Virus record (IMG/VR): IMGVR_UViG_3300028048_003120
Span: 1,121 to 65,120 of that record
Strand: one strand, 5' to 3'
Length of the DNA stretch: 64,000 bases
From: a virus
Taxonomy: Duplodnaviria; Caudoviricetes
Shown one piece after another: positions 38,501 through 45,717 of the stretch (position 1 is its first letter; every line of letters starts with the position of its first letter). The notes beneath the pieces are model-generated. The model saw nothing but the letters and a program-made list of their open reading frames with translations. It was not told where the DNA came from and ran no database searches. Made by a program: the position numbers and the translations under genes.

Positions 38501-41500
38501 TGTGCCAGATACCCTCGCCGCTCTTGTAATCGACGGTCTCGGCGAGTTCCGCGATATACTCATCGGCGGCTGCTCTCTGCCGTTTCTCCTCCGCAAGATG
38601 CTGCACCTTGCCGAGAAGCTCCGACCGTCTCTTTTCGGGGATGATCTCCCACACGCGGTCGCACAGTTCGTCGAAGCCTTCCTGCCCGAGCAGGTCGCGC
38701 ACGCCCTTGTGCCCGACAAGCTCGTGGAACACCTTGCGTTCCGCTTCCGAGAGGGAACCGATGTTCGGGGCGTAGATATGGACCTCGCCCGTCTTGCCGT
38801 CATACCAGCCCGTGATGGTGTCTCCATCCAGCAGGGCGCGGTAGGCGGCTGCGTCGTTCACATCGTTGGGGCTTTCGTGGACGATGATAGGCGTATGCAG
38901 GGCCTGCGACATGGAATCAATCTTCTTACGAAGCTGGCCATAGCGAGGCAGGCGCTCCGGCTTCTGTTCGTTTTCGGCGGGTTTTTGTTCGATTTCGGCA
39001 GGGTTTTCTTCCAGCAGGCCATATTGCCCGGCGAGCTGCTGGTAGTATTCCACCAGCGGAAGCCCGGCCTTCTCCGCGGCCTCCGTCGCATCCTTGATGG
39101 CCTTCTTTGCCGGGGCGCTGACCTTCTTATTCGGCGAGACCGAAGCCTTCTGATTGTTGCGGTACACCTCGTCGGCGCGTTCGCTCTCGGCCTGCCAAGC
39201 GTCGTACAGTTCGGAGAAGCGCTGCATCTCCTCGTCGGTGATGTGGTCTGCGAGTTCGGGGTTGCCGTCGGACTGCTCGATGATGCCGCGCACCTTGTCA
39301 CGCAGGGACGGCTCGCCCTGTGCGGCATCTTCTGGAACACCCTCCTTCCGTACATCGCCCTCGGTCTTGACGGTCTTGTACTCGGAGAAGGGTTTCGTCT
39401 TGCGGTGCGAGGATTCCACCCATTTCTTGAACTCGTCGCGGCTGACCTCGGCGATGGCCCCCAGCCCGGTCCAGCCTTCCTCGTAGTTGGAGAGGTAGGC
39501 GGCACGGGCCGCTTCCATGTCGGGGAAGCCGTACATGACCTTATGCTCGTCGAAGGAGCCGTCCGGCTTGACCTGATCCACGACGAACACGTTGCCCTCC
39601 TCCGGGTTGTCGGAGAGGAACACGTCGATATGGTCGCCGTCCACGCCTTCGGTGCCACGGATATAGCCGTAGGTATTGTTCATAACCTGCGACCACTCGT
39701 GGCCCTGAGCGTCAGTACCGCTGCGGACGCTGCCCTTCGGCTGCTCTATGGTAATGTCGTATCCGTCGAGCTTGATATGTCCTTTCTTGTAGTTGCCCGC
39801 TTCCTTCTGCGCCTCGGTCGGTTCGGTATCCACTTCGGCCTCGGCAGCGGCAATTTCTTGCTGCTTTTCGGAAAGTTCTGCGGGTGTTTCGGAAATTTCA
39901 TGGGCATTTTGGGCAATTTGAGCGGCCTCGATTGCTTCCTGCTCCCGACGGGCCAGCTCCTCCGCCATAGCAGCGCGGTTGTTTTTGATAAAGTTCTTTA
40001 CATCGCCCCACGACTTGACCTGCGAAAGCACGTTGAGGATGGAATCGCGGATGTCCATGTCGTCGAGTTGGGCCGTGAGGCCGGTATCGTCGCTCTCCTT
40101 GACAATCTCGGCGAGGCGCGACACCGACAGTCCCCCGTCCTTGACGAAGCCTCCGACAAACCCCTGCAGGTCGGAATCGGAATAGCCCGTCTCGCGAAGG
40201 AAATCCTCCTTGTCAAGCTGGCCCTTGTAGGCGTTGAGGTACTGCGAAACGAGTTCATCGACGGACTGCGGCTCCATTTCCCTGGACTCGCGCAGCCTCT
40301 GACGAGCCTCAACGCTTTCAGCGGCCTTGTTGATGGATTCGATGCGCTTCTGGACGGTCTTGATCTGGTCGCTGAGTTCATCGCGCTTGTCGAAGTCCGG
40401 CTCCGCATCGTATTTCTTCTGCAGGGCATCGAGTTGTCTCTGCTGGCGGGCAATCTCGCCCTTCAGATATCCCTGCGCGCTCTTGCCGCCGTCATCGCGG
40501 CGCTTGGTCTCCCACTCAGCCCAGGATTCGGGGTCGCCCTCAAAGAGTTTCGACTGGTCAACCCTTCCGTCCTCCTTCATCGGCATGGGACGGCCTCGGA
40601 AATCGTACTCCGTAGCTTGTTGCGCGGCTTGTGGCCGCGTTTCTACCTCCGGCTGGACTTCCTGCTGCCCGGCTGCCTGCGGCTGCTCTACGGGCGTTTC
40701 CTGCCCTTCCTGCGGCTGCGGCTCGACGGCCTGCGCAGGCTGGACGGTTCCGGCGCGTAGGCTGACGAAATCGGCGATGGGAATCTGATGCACGCGACCG
40801 ATGGAGTCGCCCAGTTGCACATCGTCGTCGAAGCGGACGACCACGTTGCCGTCGGCGGTCACGTGGGTTGCGGTCCCCATAACGGTTGCGCCTCCGATGT
40901 TGAACGGCTCCTCCTCGCCCGTGAGCGAATCGGCGATCTCCTGCTTCGTCGGGGTCTCGATTTCGCGGGCGAGCTGCCGCTGGTATGCGTCCTCGATCTG
41001 ACGCTTGGCAGTATTGAACAGTTCTCCGGCAGGCGCAGAAGTGAAGGACTGAACCTCGCGAGGGGAAATCATCCTTACCTTGCCGTCCGGCATGGTGACA
41101 TAGAGTTTGTCGCTGGAGTTGCGGCGGTCCACGGAGCCGTCCTCGGTCTTGGCGAGCCGTCCGGCCTTCATCCCGACCTTCGTGCCGTCCTTCAGCGTGA
41201 TGTCGTAGTAGATGCCGTCTGCGGTCTTGCTGCGGATGTCCTGCTCGGCCCGGTCGATGTCGGCCTGCATCTCCTCGTTGATACTGTCGTTCACGCCGAC
41301 GATGGCGGCACGCGCCTGCGTATAGCGGTCGAGTATGGGCTTCAACTCCGGCTGCATCGCCTCAATCATTCCGGCATAAGCGGAATCCTCGTCGATGGCA
41401 TGAATCTCGTCATCGGAGATACCGGCACGGGCAATCTCGGCCAGCGCCGTGTCATATTCGACCTTCGCGGCACGCTTGGCCTCCGGGTCCGTCAGGGATA

Positions 41501-43388
41501 CGGAAACCTCGTAGATGTCGTCCAGGTTCGCCTGCTCTGGCTCGTCGGCCTCCTTCTTTGCGCGGGCCTTGTCTGCGCCCAGCCGTTCCTCACGGGCAAA
41601 TGCGTAGGCAAGGATTGCCTCCTCCTGCTCGGGAGTGTAGTAGCCGCTGGAGTTGAACTTGCCGAGGAAGTCACGCAGCTCGTCCTCGTCGCAGTGGTCA
41701 ACCATAGAAGTGACCTCTGCCCAGTCCTCCTGATCGTCGAAGGTCTCGGAGCCTTTCTTGAACACGCGCTTACGCTTGTCCTCCATCTGCTGCTTGGGGG
41801 TTCGGTAGCCCACGGTCTTGATAGCGGACACGAAGCCGCCGAAGGCTCCCACGCCGAGGAAGGTATCAATGAGGTTATCCTTGCTGAACACCTCGCCGAG
41901 AGACTGGTCGCCCACGGTAAGGGCGTTCATGACACCGCCGACGAGTTCTTCCCCGAACTCACCTACAACGCCGTTCCAATGCGTCTTGTTGAGGAAGTGG
42001 TTCACGGTCTCCATCCATTCAGCCGTGCCGATGTTGTCGATGAAGTCGTTTACCCGTTGCAGGCCCATCCGTTCAAGCCGCTTGCTCGTCCAGCCGCCTA
42101 CGGCGCTGCCGATAGGCTTGAAATACTCCCCGAACATCTCGGAGAAGTTCTCGATGGTCCTGGCTCCGTATGCCTGCGCGAAAGCGCCGAAGAAAGTGTC
42201 AGTACCGCCGTCCACGCCGTCGAACTTGATTCCGTCCTCCGTCTCGCTGAACTTGATGTCGCCGACCCTACGCTGCATGGCATCCGCAGTCGTGGAGAGT
42301 GCGCCCGTCGTGCCGGTCATGGCAGCGGCAGATGCGACGTCGCCAGCGACACGTCCGACGACCGATGCGGCCTTCTTCGCCACACCTTCCTTCGCAATCT
42401 TCTCGCCGAGTTTCTTCGCGAGGGCCTTGCCGATGATGCTGCCGCCGCCCTCGGCGCTGCCGGAGACGGGGTTCATCATGAACTCCAGCATGAAGGGGAG
42501 GGACTGTCCCGTAGTGAGACCGGCCTTGTAGCCGCGACCGAGGAAATCCCCGTAGTACATGTCGCTGGCCATCTTGTGGGCTGCTGCATCCAGCAGGATA
42601 TTCTCGGCCTCCGTCAGTTCCTGACCCTCGTCGAGTTTCTTCGCGGCGGTCATCAGGGCCGCGTTCTTTTGAAAGTCGGAAATACCGAAGTCCCAATTGG
42701 CCTCCGTGAAGGAGTCCGCGAGGCCCTTTCCGAATCCGCGGCCACCTTCCGCAGCCTTGCGCGTCTTCTCTGCCTCAACGTACATGCGCTTGGCCTGCTT
42801 CAACACCACAGCGTCATAGTCCACATCTTCCGGCATGTCGTAGGTCGGAATGCCGTAGGGGTCGGCGAGGTTCTGATGGGAACGGAGCTGCCCGGCATCC
42901 TTCAACTCCTTCTCACGGGCACCGTACAGTTCTTCTATCCTCGCCACCGCGTCGCTCTCGTCCTGCTGGAAGTATTCGCCGCGCTCTGCGTCCGGCGCTT
43001 CCTTCGCAGCGTTCCTCTCCGCGGCCCTGCGCACCATGTTGGGTGCATGGACCTGCGGAATCTTGTGCCCGTCGATACTGTCCGGGGCAGACGGCGGCGC
43101 GGCTTGAGCCTGCGGCTGCTGCTCCGCTCCACCTTGCTGCGGAACGGGAGAGGCCGGCTGCTGGGGCTGGCCCTGCTGCGGCTCCGCAGGCTGCTGCGGC
43201 ACGCCAAAAAGATTGTTGAAGGAATCGTAGTCACCAACATTAAGGCCCATGCCCTGGGCCTTGGAGTGGTACCATCTGCGGTCTTCCTCGTTATTCAGAG
43301 AGTTCTCGAAGTCCTCGTAGGAACCGATGTTAAGGCCCTGCTTGGAGAACTTGTCGTAGAGCCACTTTTTATCGTCGTTATTCGTCAT
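26502..43388 (-). CDS. Giant polyvalent / DarB-like virion ejection protein (5,628 aa)
   Basis: N to C, approximate positions: InPase-like domain (about 39400-39830; GTEGVDGDHIDVF, DEHKVMYGF); metallopeptidase (HELVGH, about 38715); N6-adenine methylase (FSGWGG, ILEGSAGVGN, NVPF; about 35900-36800); SNF2/DEAH helicase (AHEVGSGKT, IDEAH, QRNGRILRQG; about 32500-34400); YRPGWH domain; ART-PolyVal-like (YHGS...GYGTY); second metallopeptidase (HENLH, about 29855); LPD38-like C-terminus. Confidence 0.9.
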   Translation of the reverse strand: MTNNDDKKWLYDKFSKQGLNIGSYEDFENSLNNEEDRRWYHSKAQGMGLNVGDYDSFNNLFGVPQQPAEPQQGQPQQPASPVPQQGGAEQQPQAQAAPPSAPDSIDGHKIPQVHAPNMVRRAAERNAAKEAPDAERGEYFQQDESDAVARIEELYGAREKELKDAGQLRSHQNLADPYGIPTYDMPEDVDYDAVVLKQAKRMYVEAEKTRKAAEGGRGFGKGLADSFTEANWDFGISDFQKNAALMTAAKKLDEGQELTEAENILLDAAAHKMASDMYYGDFLGRGYKAGLTTGQSLPFMLEFMMNPVSGSAEGGGSIIGKALAKKLGEKIAKEGVAKKAASVVGRVAGDVASAAAMTGTTGALSTTADAMQRRVGDIKFSETEDGIKFDGVDGGTDTFFGAFAQAYGARTIENFSEMFGEYFKPIGSAVGGWTSKRLERMGLQRVNDFIDNIGTAEWMETVNHFLNKTHWNGVVGEFGEELVGGVMNALTVGDQSLGEVFSKDNLIDTFLGVGAFGGFVSAIKTVGYRTPKQQMEDKRKRVFKKGSETFDDQEDWAEVTSMVDHCDEDELRDFLGKFNSSGYYTPEQEEAILAYAFAREERLGADKARAKKEADEPEQANLDDIYEVSVSLTDPEAKRAAKVEYDTALAEIARAGISDDEIHAIDEDSAYAGMIEAMQPELKPILDRYTQARAAIVGVNDSINEEMQADIDRAEQDIRSKTADGIYYDITLKDGTKVGMKAGRLAKTEDGSVDRRNSSDKLYVTMPDGKVRMISPREVQSFTSAPAGELFNTAKRQIEDAYQRQLAREIETPTKQEIADSLTGEEEPFNIGGATVMGTATHVTADGNVVVRFDDDVQLGDSIGRVHQIPIADFVSLRAGTVQPAQAVEPQPQEGQETPVEQPQAAGQQEVQPEVETRPQAAQQATEYDFRGRPMPMKEDGRVDQSKLFEGDPESWAEWETKRRDDGGKSAQGYLKGEIARQQRQLDALQKKYDAEPDFDKRDELSDQIKTVQKRIESINKAAESVEARQRLRESREMEPQSVDELVSQYLNAYKGQLDKEDFLRETGYSDSDLQGFVGGFVKDGGLSVSRLAEIVKESDDTGLTAQLDDMDIRDSILNVLSQVKSWGDVKNFIKNNRAAMAEELARREQEAIEAAQIAQNAHEISETPAELSEKQQEIAAAEAEVDTEPTEAQKEAGNYKKGHIKLDGYDITIEQPKGSVRSGTDAQGHEWSQVMNNTYGYIRGTEGVDGDHIDVFLSDNPEEGNVFVVDQVKPDGSFDEHKVMYGFPDMEAARAAYLSNYEEGWTGLGAIAEVSRDEFKKWVESSHRKTKPFSEYKTVKTEGDVRKEGVPEDAAQGEPSLRDKVRGIIEQSDGNPELADHITDEEMQRFSELYDAWQAESERADEVYRNNQKASVSPNKKVSAPAKKAIKDATEAAEKAGLPLVEYYQQLAGQYGLLEENPAEIEQKPAENEQKPERLPRYGQLRKKIDSMSQALHTPIIVHESPNDVNDAAAYRALLDGDTITGWYDGKTGEVHIYAPNIGSLSEAERKVFHELVGHKGVRDLLGQEGFDELCDRVWEIIPEKRRSELLGKVQHLAEEKRQRAAADEYIAELAETVDYKSGEGIWHKIAEFFRSIFEKRGYQPEMTDKDISVILRESYKRLAMQRMAEQEQAPAAETETEAPATKATITPAKYTTKKGRSLDMFLVRPGRELSKDEKATASGIAKESRGWYSREDGGFMMRDMESAQRLADALESKQSVQDARPLSVEDLQTSGEVSVIEMQPETKEEEPKWRYELTAHRSGHSRLERYQVLANGQEIYDGNYEVTADTPEDLKGILENNGLYELLSDSDKSELDRKIHLYNFDKQKAGEGVNGYRLGEKVMYTSYSGKTVLAKIHDFEDWGDHRPVLDTGLAPVIYEVVEWSSIDKFEGPSAAAREAAAAAVEQPKEERPVNPSGNKLVTDEQYADLVRRMKEKLKGQMNMGIDPEIFSIGAQMAVYHIEKGARKFVAYAKAMIADLGDAIKPYLKAFYNGARDLPGMEQYEGEMDSYDDVRGIDVNTLGEAAPDIAEAAQAAVEEAQVEKEADKAKERIKRVRKDVEKAVPSQESSAPLGGLFAEIEENNSSNTQDDGIHDNRPEQDNPGGSGETGEAAGQERGGTDRGGEGKGVEDGRTLPARPRYSVRKNLNNNRGERGVSYAPTTPIERFKANIAAIKKMRELVDSGKKASKADMEVLRQFSGWGGLGSYFNEAPHSSVQRMLHDAMTDEEIASAELSINSSYYTPVEIIDSLWDAAKNLGFTGGRILEGSAGVGNILANMPKAVSEASDITAVEIDSVTGNILKLLYPDADVQIRGFEDVKIPNNSVDLAITNVPFVTGLHVVDEVEKDLSRKFGNIHDFCIAKNVRKLREGGIGIFITSNGTLDKSRALRQWVTTEGGADFVGAFRLNNQTFGGTPVTSDIIIVRKRVGGKAMPGAADMIGTTVTRRDVYKEEGKFNRRTGQYEQTETPVSIEYDTYFVEHPENMAGEMLFNFDRGETFRPTSVGLFPVDGKDQKKMLGRWVKKLSDLRESLEAAPQAADETAAAAEPEAVADKVKEGQLVVNSKGEVCINSLGKAVPLGVNNNKVKGQTKEQVLKDYNALKSAIDAVLEYQTNNESDEGLAPLLEALNEAYDGFVGKYGPLNKNTSLSFLRNDVDFPSVAAVEDYTESLDQHGKRIVTTKKTDVFSKRMVGFKATPKPKDAKDGVIVSMNQFGRIDLPYIAKAVGQGEDVVRGEILDSGLAFEDPMSGSLEVSYEYLSGNVREKLAYARSHNEDGRYDNNIKALEKVIPLDIPAHLIEFSLGSDWLEPGIYSDFAKEKYGLSDDFEFKPIGGTWQFIRRGWKLNEYNDSNRSAGVKGKIVDKQVLGHELMLHAMNNTRPEFKESHKDRFTGETTTTVDKEAEQAAQTRIDEIKDEFREWAKGKMSKDEDLAKRVTRTYNDLFNAIVPKEIDERFIPEHFEGANMEIKLYPHQAKAVIRATTEPLMMAHEVGSGKTFTLITSAMEMRRLGTAKKPMVVVQNSTVGQFVGEAKKLYPRAKILTVSEGDRTQEGRAAFYAKIKYNDWDMIVVPQSVFNMIPDSEERKRAFIQARIDEKMYVLQQAKDAGADSQAIKRMEKELKDLEGDLEEGNIAGGGKKRRNAKTDAKVKANAAAKAKRQLDRKVDAVEDFDQMEIDALLIDEAHEYKHLGFATALQQGIKGVDPSVSQKAASVFLKTRSVFDRAGWKNVVFATGTPISNTAAEIWTFMRYLMPDDVMLANHIYYFDDFVRNFGNIAKSLEFATNGKFRENTRFSAYVNLPELVRIWASVADTVLAKDAEAAKGKKLSEKIPDMEGGKAQDIYLEQSPSLVAIMRKVREILDKFEKMTGKEKRRNSHIPLTAYGIAKRAAIDPRLVMQNAPDEPNSKTNKAVDIVVEDLEATKDYNGTVVIFCDRFRRRDADGSEGFNVFDDIKKKLVARGVPADKIAIIRSEMRADQKERVFAKVNSGDIRVVMGSTQLLGTGVNIQERLHMAVHMDAPDRPMDYTQRNGRILRQGNVHKDWDKTVRVVRFGVEDSLDVTAYQRLKTKAAFIDSVMDGKPLIKNGMENRTLEEEEEGLFDNPVAVLSGSQFALLKSQAERELRKLRNKQEMHRADQIYIANQLQENERKITSFEGHIERFKKSAEAAERLFPGGKVKKVVIEGVSATTDEEIGKVIAEKVSKPLREKIDRWRDSYQFENGREAYVFSFDGVKVDVVANVTKKSDFKGGMFVSTMSTTISFSCPELGVDVPSVPGGINGLRDIVPMFKEEYATGKHAKERIEDLQNRIDRMKDDNGKMQARKGKPFADQDKLVEAQKRVAEYTEAMIKELAEKEAKYSGVETGEADIELEDAEEDDVEVEEGGDTHFSRGDIERARAAASVTGQTEDEALEELYDRRAVDFLTEDTHFSRRTKPEPVKKGIGYKVFFQKDGKLYPPMVANPGGEDTPVGVWLDADAAPIVGESKTGRPQVKQGGKGTQGGSGTLAYRPGWHLGEIPYAKQFNRLNPATGERDLFPKDFVWAEVEYAADNDYQQEADAEGMTEGGRFRHSYAGLKRVPEDGFYRYRTNPNPDTDPWIITGSMRVKKVLTNDEVDDLVRAAGREPQQREGDTRFSRAYHGSPARFDKFDHAHIGEGEGHQAHGYGTYITFEEGTARRYSLLGDRDKVIYKGRRGPTYYANEIVEFIKQEMRDHDVPFEEAKARMLNMLKKAEERRKEMKDTYWMNQHYDKEIEFIEGLAKDDFEVRDIDHNFYEVEIPDDTGDNYLDEDRNVTKPMRTKIVEALRKLPEGAWKTTEDDKLLFHDLTLDDFIAKMEKGPIGGDRAYAELAHGFRSKKAASEFLHDAGFVGLKYVGGLDGECVVIFDDKDINIESHTMFSRGFPQKEGEDDKDYLRRVAMDLTDRYQHLAKYVDISDDGDTTGRAGAYNFVHDIIRIFAHPNTSYDEYEGTFFHENLHAYLYKNKIWKDSEALDGFIEFMRGKAPDHIAEMEREIAKDYEEKERKEELFVQLTESMMSEGFSRFVLPDLPDRTRELITNYYNAIGYDTEREEGERAAAGYRGNHRGLEKVPVPQEEVRVLRGDAEDAGSAGEGEGVTVFSRKATPPAPGDLKGLYEFRINNWRNKVRESHQDSMLALKVLQEELVRASGKPLESFEDAYTAENQLSSVNSAEKEFYTRNYFDPMIKAVRDMMVAAGIDYEGAIKYAIAKHGLERNEVFHDRDEQAAGETIERRDYSGLTSLMLLDGEDAIDLDEAEERARIYVDDIEGRAAAECASMWQKVKDATKKALYKSWQSGILTRSEYENVRDMFNFYVPLRGFDEETAEQHYEYLDHKSSPFSPAMRTAKGRTSIADDPFATIGNMWESTVQQGNNNLVKQKFLNMVLNRPNDLVTVKPMWYTYDPVADEWTQAVPQITNDMSREDIQEAFDSFQQRMEALEQQGLASKKKPNRGRVNIPYRLLNKQDQEHMVVVKSGGKDWVLVINGNPRAAQAINGLTNPDRQDFLAKMAKANRWMAANFTTRSPKFVLRNLIRDTTYSLFSIDVKEDSDYNRAFRGNLMRNYGRIWNLMRRFKAGEFDEVDDNDLPETERLFKEFMMNGGETGYTQLKRVDEYKKMVNRIIGDQTGEKLHTVKNAGRAVEDFVGFANRCVEDICRLSAYMTSRQMGRDIQTSVANAKDISVNFNKKGSGEGYGSSFARAAYLFYNAGVQGLQNFVGLRGKSRRTKIGNLRKFDVNVASTLILGAMIPFLNGIISAAVGGDDDEYADLPDWVRRNNLVLGGGGFYLTIPLSIELRAFYGIGDIAYMTMAGRMKDHKPWQVGLDVFGQVADIMPLNPVEGVVTNKGKNPGEGLLLSLVPDMVAPVAQAALNTDFTGKPIYKKQPWNESAPAYTKAYAGTSKVLVKSAEFLNNVTGGDQYGPGAVNINPAIVEHLLEGYFGGLLTFAEETAKSVEMTWDSDMRQLRNVPLANVLFQKNDERTASSYVNDMYWHYKQEADVTEKRARGYRSDGDIEKAARIASSDAYQRARFFKEADKRVKKLQDELKDTDDKDRQNFLRERIADEKRAMVERLTDMD
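29435..29587 (-). CDS. Nested +1-frame ORF inside the giant gene (50 aa)
   Basis: MTQNEKKEKEQQQAIEGIIEGWKKSPFRKRKCGYFEETRKMQEAQEKAKE*; A-rich leader; G/C-ending codon bias lies in this frame rather than the host frame. Confidence 0.6.
   Translation of the reverse strand: MTQNEKKEKEQQQAIEGIIEGWKKSPFRKRKCGYFEETRKMQEAQEKAKE
36836..36994 (-). CDS. Nested +1-frame ORF inside the giant gene (52 aa)
   Basis: MAFTTIDPSKIIQEGREKLAKQLGKNVEELTEEEKERALRMVGLCPLDLDIP*; A at -3, -6, -12 and -13; G/C-ending codon bias in this frame; upstream TTAG-N20-TACCTTCG. Confidence 0.65.
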   Translation of the reverse strand: MAFTTIDPSKIIQEGREKLAKQLGKNVEELTEEEKERALRMVGLCPLDLDIP

Positions 43389-43391
43389 GGA

Positions 43392-44876
43392 TTATTTGCG
43401 CATTGAAGGAGGGGTATTGTCATCGTCTTTGTCCTGCTTGCCCTTACGCTTCGACGGCGGGGTGTTCTCGTCGTCCTGATCTTCGTCGGCAGCATCTGCG
43501 ATACCATAAGCCGCGTTGCGCTCCCTCTCGTAGTTATGCGACATACGCTTGAGGGATTCCTTCGCAGCCGTGGAGTAGTTGAGGTAGGTCGAGGCGAAGA
43601 CCTCGCGGTTGTTGGCGTTCTTCGCGTTCTCCCATTCCGTATATAGGCCGTTGAGACGGGTCTGGAGCTGCGAGCGCTCCTCGGCAAGCATTGCGGCCTC
43701 CTCCTGCGACACGCCAGCACCCTTCTCCGGCTTGCCTTTCTTGTTGACAAGTTTGTTGATCTCGTCGATGCGGGACTGCATCCCGGCCTTCGCGTCGCGG
43801 TACACCGTCTCGGAGATGGAGACGAACTGCTTCTGCAGGGGCTTGTAGCCAAAGTTGAACAGTTGGCCGTCGATGTCGAGGGACACATCCTCCCCGTTGC
43901 GACTGGTGAAGGCGCGAATCTTTGATTCCTCCTTCCGCTGGTTGAGCGCATCCTGACGGTAGGCGTATTGCAGGCCCATCTGCTGCATGCGCAGCTGGCG
44001 GTCCTCCGCATCCTTCTGCTTGCGGTACTCGAAATCGCGCTGGTCCTTTGCGAGCGCGTCCTGCCGGGCCTGCTCCTTGTCGGCGCGACCCTGCTCGTAG
44101 CGGGCCTGCTCCTGCTGGACCTGCTGGTTCTTCGTGATGTCCTGCTGCTTGGCGAGGGCTGCATTGGCTTTCGCCTGACCGAGTGCCGCGTCTCCCTTCG
44201 CCTCCGCTACCGCCTTCTGCTGGCGGAGCTGCGCGAGGCTCAACTGCCCCTGCTGGAGCCGCTGGTTGAGCTGCATCTGCAACCCTTCGCGGCGCTGGCG
44301 GGCCTTCTCGTAGATTTCGCGGTACTTGTCGAGGCCGGAATAGAGCTGGATGTTCGGAGCGCCCTTCGTGGTGTAGTAGAGATTGGCGAGCGATGCCACG
44401 CCGTCGGCGATGCCGGAGATGAGCATGGAGACGCGAGCGTCCTTCTCCGCCGCCTTCTGCTGGGCTGCGAGTTCGTCGCGTTCCTTCTGCCAGCCCTGCA
44501 CCATCGCGTTGTACTGGTCGATGCCGGATTGCAGAGCCGTCTGCTCCTTGGCGTTTGCGGCCTCCTGATTGGCGATTGCCTCCTGCCGGGCAGCATCGTT
44601 CGCCTCTACGTCTATCTGCGGAATACGGGCTTGTGTTTGCGGCTCACGGGCATTTTCAGAGGGCTGAGGCGAAACTGCGGCTGCGGGCTGCTGCGCAGGC
44701 CGCTGGGCCGGGGTATTTGCGGAAGACGGACTTGCAGCAGGCTGTCCCTGCCGCTGGATGCTCATCGGATCGCTGATGGCCTGCTGAAGAACCTGCTCGG
44801 ACTTCTTCTGAAGTTCGGCGGCTGCGTCCTGCACCTCATACCGGCCCGTTACGGGGTTGAACTTGACTCGTGCCAT
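43392..44876 (-). CDS. DNA ejection / internal virion protein
   Basis: 494 aa, Q/A-rich coiled coil with a hydrophobic MLISGIADGVASLANLY segment; precedes the giant ejection gene. Confidence 0.65.
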   Translation of the reverse strand: MARVKFNPVTGRYEVQDAAAELQKKSEQVLQQAISDPMSIQRQGQPAASPSSANTPAQRPAQQPAAAVSPQPSENAREPQTQARIPQIDVEANDAARQEAIANQEAANAKEQTALQSGIDQYNAMVQGWQKERDELAAQQKAAEKDARVSMLISGIADGVASLANLYYTTKGAPNIQLYSGLDKYREIYEKARQRREGLQMQLNQRLQQGQLSLAQLRQQKAVAEAKGDAALGQAKANAALAKQQDITKNQQVQQEQARYEQGRADKEQARQDALAKDQRDFEYRKQKDAEDRQLRMQQMGLQYAYRQDALNQRKEESKIRAFTSRNGEDVSLDIDGQLFNFGYKPLQKQFVSISETVYRDAKAGMQSRIDEINKLVNKKGKPEKGAGVSQEEAAMLAEERSQLQTRLNGLYTEWENAKNANNREVFASTYLNYSTAAKESLKRMSHNYERERNAAYGIADAADEDQDDENTPPSKRKGKQDKDDDNTPPSMRK

Positions 44877-44879
44877 GAC

Positions 44880-45494
44880 TTAGATGATTTTCTTGCCGTT
44901 TTCGTCCACGTTCTCGCCGTTGGGTTCCTTCGCCTCGATTGAGGGTTTCTCCTCAACGGCGGGAGTTTCGCTCTTGGCTTCGCTCGAAGAAGGGAAGCCA
45001 GCGCCGGCACCTGCGAGGTTCGCCCCGGCCTTGCTGACCTGAGAGGCTGCGCCAGCGATGGCGTTGGCCTTGGCAATCTCGGTCTGCCGCTGCTGCTCCG
45101 CAAGAGTGGCCTCGCGGTTGAGGTATCCTTCCTCGACCTGATCCTTACGGGCCGCGCCTTGTGCGGCGATTGTGCCCATCGTATCCCCGATGACCTTGTT
45201 CGCATCTTCCTTCTGACGGGCCACAGCCTCGTCGGAAGCGCCGGACACCGCAGCCGTAGCAGCGGCATTGCGGTTGCGCTCCATGAAGATTTCACGCGCT
45301 TTCTTGATGGATTCGAGCGCGTCGGCACGCTGGGTGTACGGCAGGTTCATGTTGTACTCGTACCAGGCACGGTTGGCCGCACGCTGCTGGGCTGTGATGT
45401 TCGCGGCCTTCTTCGCCGCGTTGGAACTGGCCATGCCGCCAGCGACCGCGCCGCCGACACTCAAGATGCCTCCAATAACTGCTGCTGATAACAT
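44880..45494 (-). CDS. DNA pilot/ejection protein (P22 gp7-like)
   Basis: Start set at MLSAAVIGGILSVGGAVAGG; the Gly/Ala-rich N-terminus followed by coiled coil is typical of pilot proteins. Confidence 0.7.
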   Translation of the reverse strand: MLSAAVIGGILSVGGAVAGGMASSNAAKKAANITAQQRAANRAWYEYNMNLPYTQRADALESIKKAREIFMERNRNAAATAAVSGASDEAVARQKEDANKVIGDTMGTIAAQGAARKDQVEEGYLNREATLAEQQRQTEIAKANAIAGAASQVSKAGANLAGAGAGFPSSSEAKSETPAVEEKPSIEAKEPNGENVDENGKKII

Positions 45495-45512
45495 TTGAAT
45501 CGCGATTTTGCA

Positions 45513-45556
45513 GCAAGGTAGCAAGCCACGACCGCGCGCTTTGTCTATCCGTTCCC
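45513..45556 (-). promoter_or_regulatory. Putative late promoter (motif copy 5)
   Basis: GGGAACGGATAGACAAA-N19-TACCTTGC, upstream of the ejection operon. Confidence 0.6.
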
Positions 45557-45684
45557 ATGAAGCCCGAACCAGCGCGCCCCATAGTGTTCTCTATACACTA
45601 TTATACCTATTCTTACCGCGCGCTCACGCGAGGCAAAGCGCTTAAAATCAGCCTATTCGACTGAAAGGCAGACACAAAGACAAA

Positions 45685-45717
45685 GGCCGCATGATGCACT
45701 CACGCACCGATGCGACC
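45685..45717 (-). terminator. Terminator-like hairpin ending the repressor transcript
   Basis: Minus strand GGTCGCAT...ATGCGGCC stem with inner GTGC/GCAT pairing, followed by TTTGTCTTTG. Confidence 0.55.

Noticed and set aside
39840-39940. AT-richer linker before the InPase domain, tested as a third nested ORF
   Set aside because: The alternative-frame translation is Pro/Arg-rich, with no codon-bias or leader support.
43395-43480. Duplicated DD(E/D)NTPPS(K/M)RK peptide at the C-terminus of the 494-aa ejection protein
   Set aside because: Short diverged duplication in a disordered tail; resemblance to a nuclear localisation signal is meaningless in a bacteriophage.
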